A stretch of DNA of 64,000 bases from an uncultured Bacteroidales bacterium. Lineage in GTDB: Bacteria; Bacteroidota; Bacteroidia; Bacteroidales; VadinHA17. Below the pieces are notes generated by a model. The model was not told the origin of the DNA. It did not search any database and saw only the letters and a program-made list of their open reading frames with translations. Shown here piece by piece: positions 58,836 through 64,000 of this stretch; position 1 is the stretch's first letter; every line of letters starts with the position of its first letter. The position numbers were made by a program, and so were the translations under genes. The DNA lies in the NCBI GenBank assembly GCA_963828775.1, contig CAWHGX010000025.1, positions 41,377-105,376 of the forward strand, written 5' to 3'.

Positions 58836-61800
58836 TTAAAATGTTACAGATATACCGAATGTCACATTTTTCAGCATAGGATAGTTATATCCATCTCCTG
58901 CGTTGCCCGAAGTAAATAACTGATCCGAAGGTCCGGTATTTTCAACATCTAAATGCCCTTTTCCCACGATCTTATAAAGAGGAGAGTATGTCCATAGATT
59001 CTCTCCTGATACATATACTCTCAGGTTCGATGCTCCAATCTTTGAGACTAAATTGGAGGGTAAATTGTAGCCGAACTGGATAGCTTTCAGTCTGAGATAG
59101 GCAATGTTCTGAAGATACTTTGTCTGAGGATTATTATAAAGCATTGAACCTGACCTGTTTGTTATTCGTGCAACATATCGTGGCAAATAGGCATCCGTAT
59201 TATCCGGTGTCCAGTAATTTCCTAAATGCCACTGTGGAAGAGGATTGTAAGGCCTGTTATACTGCCCCCAGAAAAGGCTTGCTTCAGAGCTTGGAAACCA
59301 TTGCTGTTTTCCTACGCCCTGGAAAAATGCTGACAGGAAGAAGTTATTCCAATCGGCACTCAGATTTATTGTGTATGTAAAATGTGCTGCACTGTTACCG
59401 ATTATCTGCTTATCGCCAGTATTGCCTATCCTGTTGGTTCCATAATCAACTTTATCGCTTCCATCAGTGTCTTCAAGTTTAAGGTCACCAGGAAAGTTGG
59501 CGCCCCAGGAAGTATTCTTGAACAGGCTCTGATCTGCGTGATTGGCAATATCCTCCGCATCCACAAAAAAGCCCTCGGTTATATAGCCCCAGATCTCACC
59601 TGCCACCATTCCTTCGTAATAATCGGTTAAGACCTTTTCCGGATTATTATATTTGGTTATTTTGGACCTGCTGTCAGCCAATGTAAACCGAAATTCATAA
59701 TTAAACGGTTTTGCACTTACGTTAAATCTGTCCCTCCATGATAAGCTTGCTTCCCATCCGGTTGTCTTCAGATCGGCATAGTTTCCTCTTGGAGGTGTTG
59801 CGCCGAAAACAGCAGGCAATGTCATCCCTATCGTATACATATCAGTTGTATTCCTGATATATGCATCTCCGACAAATCTCAACCTGTCGGATAATGCAGT
59901 AAGGTCCAATCCCAGGTTCATTGTAGTTGCCGTCTCCCATGTCAGGCCTTCAGGCAGAACACTCGGACGGCTGGTATACTGAGGTTTTACTCCGCCAAGA
60001 ACCCTGCCGGACTGACTTATTGAGAGCTCTTCTATGTAAGTGTATGAAGAGACATTACCATTTCCCAGTGATCCGTAGGACGCACGAATTTTCAGATCCG
60101 AAATTATTTTTGGAGAAACATTCCAGAAAGATTCTTTGGAGATCCTCCATCCCACAGAGTAAGAGGGGAAGAAAGCAAATCTTTGATCTGACGGGAATTT
60201 CGATGAACCATCGTAACGGCCGTTGATTTCAACAAGATACCTGTCCCTGAATGAATAGTTTATCCTGCCAAAACCTCCCAGGATATTCCATCTGTCCCAT
60301 CCTCCCGATGTAGTGATCGATTGCCCGAGTGCAAGATTTAAATCTGAGGCATCTTCAAAAATAAGACCGTTTCTCTGGACCCGTAATCTTTGCCATGTTG
60401 ACTGTTCGTAATTATATCCTACAAGCACTTTTAAATAATGGGTGTCATTAAATGTATTTTCATATTCGGTATAAAAGTTTGTAGCAAGAAATTGAGTCAC
60501 ATCATTCGTCTTCCTTAAATCGTTAGTGGTTGTACCGACATAAGCAATAACTCCCGGTTTATTGCTGTAGGGAACAGGTACCTGTCTTCGTGATTCATTA
60601 TCATCACTGTTCCTGAAGGTAAAGTCACCTTTAAGCCTGAGCTTATTGTTTAAGAACTGGGCGATAAATCCGGTTGTATTCCTGAAGTTTCTGTCTTTCA
60701 TATCATACCCGTTTTTCCCATACCAGAAATCTCCGACATTATAGACAGCCGACATTGTAAGAGTGCCGTCAGGATTGAACATTGGTGCCAGGACATGACC
60801 TTCATCACCTATGTTCCTCCATATTCCGCTTCCTTCTCCCACATTCAAAGGATTATGATAACTCCGGTCAGAATACTCTGCATTATTTTCAATTGTCAGC
60901 CAGGGGAATAATTGTATCGCTCCCTTTGCCCTGATGTTATGCATCTTATAATCATCCGAATTATACCGGAATAATCCAGGCTGATCCAGTAATCTTCCGG
61001 TTATAAGGAAGCTTGCTGTTCCAGTACTCCCGGAGATCGCTATATTTTGTTCGGTTCCGGTTGTAAAATCCTTATATAGTTCTTTATACTTATCATGACT
61101 TGCGTAATAAACATATTCCCCTGTAACCGGATCAATTTCAACCTCCTTATCAGATGGCAACGGATTGGTTGACCGCCTTTCCAGTTCATCAAGATAAGGC
61201 TGCGAAAATTTTAAGGTTTTGTTTACGGCAGCAGGGAAGGTGTTTTCCCAGTTGTAATATGATTCCGCAAACATCCTGGCAAAAGTATAACCGTCAGTAA
61301 CCAGGTCAGGAACTGCTATCGGTTTCCTTATTGCAAAATTTGAGGAGAATGTAATATTGGTTTTCCCTTTGGTCGGATTTTTGGTAGTGATCAATACCAC
61401 TCCGAAAGCACCCCTGGCTCCGTAAATAGAAGCTGATGCAGCATCTTTCAGAACTGATATGTTGGCAATATCGTTCGGGTTTATCATGCTCGGATCACCC
61501 TCGACGCCATCAATCAGGATAAGTGCGCTCCCGCCCTGCCCGATCGAGGTTAATCCTCTGATGTTGTAGCTGGGTGCCTGATTGGGTTTGCCATCAAGTA
61601 AACTGATATTAAGGTTGGGAACAACTCCTTTTAATCCCTGGGTCAGGTTGGACATAGTCCGATTCTCCAGGGTGGAACTGGTTACCTGATCGACCGCTCC
61701 TGTAAGGTTTGCTTTTTTCTGTGTACTATAGCCAACAACGACAACCTCCTCCAGGCCCTGTACATCTTCCCGGAGTGTGACATTTATCACAGTCTGATTC

Positions 61801-62051
61801 CCTACCTGGACTTCCTTTGCACCATAACCAACAAAGGAGAAGACAAGAGTGGAATTTGCTCCTGGTACTTCAATGGAATATTTACCGCTGACATCGGTAA
61901 TACTTCCCTGCATCGTACCTTTTACCTGAACTGTTGCTCCGGCAAGCGGAGTACCGCTCTGCTCATCAGCCACAGTACCGGTTACCGTTATCCTCTGGGC
62001 ATATACCGAAGTTGATGCCAGGAATAACAACATAACTAGAATTTTTTTCAT
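58836..62051 (-). CDS. susC: SusC-family TonB-dependent transporter (PUL-3), intact
   Basis: 1071-aa uninterrupted ORF. It has a signal peptide, a carboxypeptidase-regulatory-like domain (ITVTGTVADEQSGTPLAGATVQVKGT), a plug, and a C-terminus ending ..FGISVTF. Confidence 0.92.
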   Translation of the reverse strand: MKKILVMLLFLASTSVYAQRITVTGTVADEQSGTPLAGATVQVKGTMQGSITDVSGKYSIEVPGANSTLVFSFVGYGAKEVQVGNQTVINVTLREDVQGLEEVVVVGYSTQKKANLTGAVDQVTSSTLENRTMSNLTQGLKGVVPNLNISLLDGKPNQAPSYNIRGLTSIGQGGSALILIDGVEGDPSMINPNDIANISVLKDAASASIYGARGAFGVVLITTKNPTKGKTNITFSSNFAIRKPIAVPDLVTDGYTFARMFAESYYNWENTFPAAVNKTLKFSQPYLDELERRSTNPLPSDKEVEIDPVTGEYVYYASHDKYKELYKDFTTGTEQNIAISGSTGTASFLITGRLLDQPGLFRYNSDDYKMHNIRAKGAIQLFPWLTIENNAEYSDRSYHNPLNVGEGSGIWRNIGDEGHVLAPMFNPDGTLTMSAVYNVGDFWYGKNGYDMKDRNFRNTTGFIAQFLNNKLRLKGDFTFRNSDDNESRRQVPVPYSNKPGVIAYVGTTTNDLRKTNDVTQFLATNFYTEYENTFNDTHYLKVLVGYNYEQSTWQRLRVQRNGLIFEDASDLNLALGQSITTSGGWDRWNILGGFGRINYSFRDRYLVEINGRYDGSSKFPSDQRFAFFPSYSVGWRISKESFWNVSPKIISDLKIRASYGSLGNGNVSSYTYIEELSISQSGRVLGGVKPQYTSRPSVLPEGLTWETATTMNLGLDLTALSDRLRFVGDAYIRNTTDMYTIGMTLPAVFGATPPRGNYADLKTTGWEASLSWRDRFNVSAKPFNYEFRFTLADSRSKITKYNNPEKVLTDYYEGMVAGEIWGYITEGFFVDAEDIANHADQSLFKNTSWGANFPGDLKLEDTDGSDKVDYGTNRIGNTGDKQIIGNSAAHFTYTINLSADWNNFFLSAFFQGVGKQQWFPSSEASLFWGQYNRPYNPLPQWHLGNYWTPDNTDAYLPRYVARITNRSGSMLYNNPQTKYLQNIAYLRLKAIQFGYNLPSNLVSKIGASNLRVYVSGENLWTYSPLYKIVGKGHLDVENTGPSDQLFTSGNAGDGYNYPMLKNVTFGISVTF

Positions 62052-62161
62052 AAATAGGCAGATTAGTTGAAAATTTAGTTAAAAACTTAGGTTTGCTAAA
62101 GATAATGACTTCACCTAATTATTTAAAAGACCAAATGCTAAAAAAGGTTAAAATCTCTTGC

Positions 62162-63436
62162 TTAAAGCCCCTCTTTCAGAATTACAAACTTGTCAGTCAG
62201 GGTATTATCCTGATCAAAGACGCGATATGTAATTGATCGCTTATTAAAATCCATGACTGCAAAACTGTACACAGGCTTTTCAGCGGTGAAAGCCATTGTA
62301 GGGAGATCCCTGCCTCCCGATCCTGTGGGATTTCCGCCTGCTGTACCATTGGTAATAAATATGGTCCCGTTTGTTGCCAGAAATTCCGATCCTGTTTCAT
62401 TTTTCACGGGAATACCATCTTTAATCTGATAGTGGCGTTCATAAACATGCCTGTGCCCGGCGAGACAAATATCAACCCGATGTTTTTCCAGAAGAGGCAG
62501 AATATTTTCTCTCCACCTGCTAACATTGCTCCAGCCGAATGATTTGACAGGGTAGTGCATCCATACCACCGTCCAGCTGATCCTTTTATCATTTTCTGCT
62601 TTTGTCAGCTCCTTATCCAGCCAGGTATATTCAGGGGAATCCGGATTGTATTTAACCTGATCAGTTTTCTCTGCAGCCTGGGCACAACCCGAAAAAATAC
62701 CAATGAATCGGGCATTACCATAAGTGAATGAATAGTTTACCTCATCGCCAGGGAGATTGAAAAGTGATATAAAGTCAATAAAAGGTTTCTGGAATTCATC
62801 CCCGGCTTTGTTCTCAACATCATGGTTCCCGAGGACAGGCATTAAGGGAGAGGTTGCGTTAAGCTCCTCAGTGACAGAAAGGAATCCTGACCAGTTGGCA
62901 GGTATTGAACCATCTTCCACAATATCTCCCATATGCAATGTAAATGATGGAGAATAGGTCCGGACAACGTCAGCGATCATACGGGTTTTACTGAAGCCGG
63001 CATTATTGGTTGCATTCTGGGTATCACCTATCACTGCCACCCTGAAAGATCCAGTATCAGGCTCTGAATTAAAGGAATACACTGGACTCCAACTCTCTAT
63101 GTCCGATCCGCACTTATAATAATACCTGGCTCCGGGCCTCAGGTTTTTCAGAACAGCATTCAATACTAACTTATCTGAAAGTTCAGCCATGACTGCTTTT
63201 CTTACTTTTTTAACTTCAGGTGTCAGACCGTATCTTACATATTGTTCACCTGAGAATTTATCAGAACACCATGTGACTATCACCGGCACTGTCGAATCAT
63301 GTTTTTTTTCGGAAGCAAGACTAAGATGTACCTGTGAGGGCTGAGCATTTAAACTGGTGAACACCTCAATCTTAATGAAAGAAACTGCCAGTAAGGCAAA
63401 AGCAAATAAAGACAGTGAGTATTGATGCGATTTCAT
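62162..63436 (-). CDS. Secreted metallophosphoesterase (purple-acid-phosphatase-like)
   Basis: 424-aa ORF with a signal peptide and an FN3-like N-terminal domain. Calcineurin-like motifs are GDTQN, HMGDIVEDG, GNHD and GHRHVYER. Confidence 0.8.
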   Translation of the reverse strand: MKSHQYSLSLFAFALLAVSFIKIEVFTSLNAQPSQVHLSLASEKKHDSTVPVIVTWCSDKFSGEQYVRYGLTPEVKKVRKAVMAELSDKLVLNAVLKNLRPGARYYYKCGSDIESWSPVYSFNSEPDTGSFRVAVIGDTQNATNNAGFSKTRMIADVVRTYSPSFTLHMGDIVEDGSIPANWSGFLSVTEELNATSPLMPVLGNHDVENKAGDEFQKPFIDFISLFNLPGDEVNYSFTYGNARFIGIFSGCAQAAEKTDQVKYNPDSPEYTWLDKELTKAENDKRISWTVVWMHYPVKSFGWSNVSRWRENILPLLEKHRVDICLAGHRHVYERHYQIKDGIPVKNETGSEFLATNGTIFITNGTAGGNPTGSGGRDLPTMAFTAEKPVYSFAVMDFNKRSITYRVFDQDNTLTDKFVILKEGL

Positions 63437-63467
63437 GTGACGTATCTTATCTAATAAATTAGCAGAA

Positions 63468-63517
63468 GTTACTGGGTGCTGGTTACTGGGTGCTTGTGGT
63501 ACTGGGTGCTGGTTGCT
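63468..63517. repeat. Tandem 14-mer GTTACTGGGTGCTG x about 3.5 in a divergent promoter region
   Basis: Copies are at 63468, 63482 and 63499 (one base shorter), plus a partial GTTGCT. The core GTTACTGGGTGCT matches the reverse complement of the 47921 14-mer (GTTACTGGTTGCT) at 12/13 positions. Confidence 0.85.
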
Positions 63518-63563
63518 AATTTAAATGAATTTCACGGTTCTTTACAAGAGCATACTATTTTTA

Positions 63564-63571
63564 TATCTTTG
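63564..63571 (+). promoter_or_regulatory. -7 box candidate (TATCTTTG)
   Basis: TAnnTTTG match 22 nt upstream of the ATG at 63593. Confidence 0.35.
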
Positions 63572-63592
63572 AATAAGGTAAAATTAATTAAG

Positions 63593-64000
63593 ATGGAAAA
63601 CGGAAGTAAACCAAAACGGCTCTATTCTCTTGATGCCCTGCGCGGCTTTGATATGTTCTGGATTATGGGAGGTGAGAGCATTTTCATAGGACTTGCATCT
63701 CTTACCGGCTGGCCGGTATTCCAATGGTGTGCCACACAGCTTGAACACGTACAATGGCATGGTTTCCATTTCTACGATATGATATTTCCTTTGTTCCTGT
63801 TCATTGCCGGGATCTCATTTCCTTATTCAATGGCAAAACGGACTGCAAACAAAGAAAGCCGGAAATCGATCTATAAGCACGTGATCCTCCGCGGACTGAT
63901 CCTGGTATTCCTTGGAATACTATATAATAATGCAGTCCGGTTCAACTTAGGGGAATTACGTTATGGAAGCGTTCTCGGCCGCATTGGTCTTGCATGGATG
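63593..64000 (+). CDS. DUF5009 / heparan-alpha-glucosaminide N-acetyltransferase-like integral membrane protein (5' part, runs off the right edge)
   Basis: Not in the ORF track because there is no stop in the window. ATG 63593 reads MENGSKPKRLYSLDALRGFDMFWIMGGESIFIGLASL..HGFHFYDMIFPLFLFIAGISFPYS.., open to the window end (136 codons). Confidence 0.65.
   Translation, partial: MENGSKPKRLYSLDALRGFDMFWIMGGESIFIGLASLTGWPVFQWCATQLEHVQWHGFHFYDMIFPLFLFIAGISFPYSMAKRTANKESRKSIYKHVILRGLILVFLGILYNNAVRFNLGELRYGSVLGRIGLAWM

Noticed and set aside
1-64000. A search for tRNA or rRNA genes, IS elements, transposases, integrases, CRISPR-cas, toxin-antitoxin systems and known defence-system genes.
   Set aside because: None of the ORFs of 60 aa or longer outside the annotated genes has a recognisable signature. 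No tRNA-like cloverleaf motifs or terminal inverted repeats flanking ORFs were seen.

Overview
This is a Bacteroidota-type chromosomal window: it has SusC/SusD pairs, TAnnTTTG -7 boxes and no Shine-Dalgarno sites. It has three parts.

(1) 1-26.3 kb is a glycan-utilisation region. It holds a LacI-family regulator fragment, GH27, GH38, GH29 and GH97 glycosidases, an esterase, and two tandem SusD/SusC pairs. It also holds secreted TIM-barrel 'sugar phosphate isomerase/epimerase' proteins and a Tat-signal FAD oxidoreductase.

(2) 26.3-52.9 kb is a 26-kb head-to-tail block of four amino-acid biosynthesis transcription units, all on the + strand:
- ilvD-ilvB-ilvN-ilvC-leuA-leuC-leuD-cimA-leuB
- hisG-D-C-B-H-A-F-IE
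- pheA-aminotransferase-tyrA-DAHP synthase/chorismate mutase-aroA
- a stand-alone trpB2
Each unit is preceded by a promoter-like -7 box, a short leader ORF enriched in the cognate amino acid(s), and an intrinsic terminator. These look like four leader-peptide attenuators.

(3) 52.9-64 kb holds a NIPSNAP / PmoA-family / Tat-Gfo-Idh-MocA trio, a deoxyribonucleotidase, a third and intact SusD/SusC pair, a metallophosphoesterase and a truncated DUF5009-like membrane protein.

I found no rRNA, tRNA, CRISPR array, IS element, integrase or recognisable defence system, and no new protein-coding system.

The unexplained signals are all non-coding:
- A dispersed family of about 40-75-nt C-run/G-run nested-hairpin elements sits directly 3' of stop codons, including inside the ilv-leu operon.
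- Several intergenic spacers are built almost entirely from short tandem 'word' repeats with 7-, 11- and 14-bp units. One 14-mer family occurs at two loci in opposite orientation.

Data-quality caveat: about 16 frameshifts interrupt otherwise conserved genes, including essential biosynthetic ones. Most sit in short homopolymers, so many apparent pseudogenes are probably sequencing errors.
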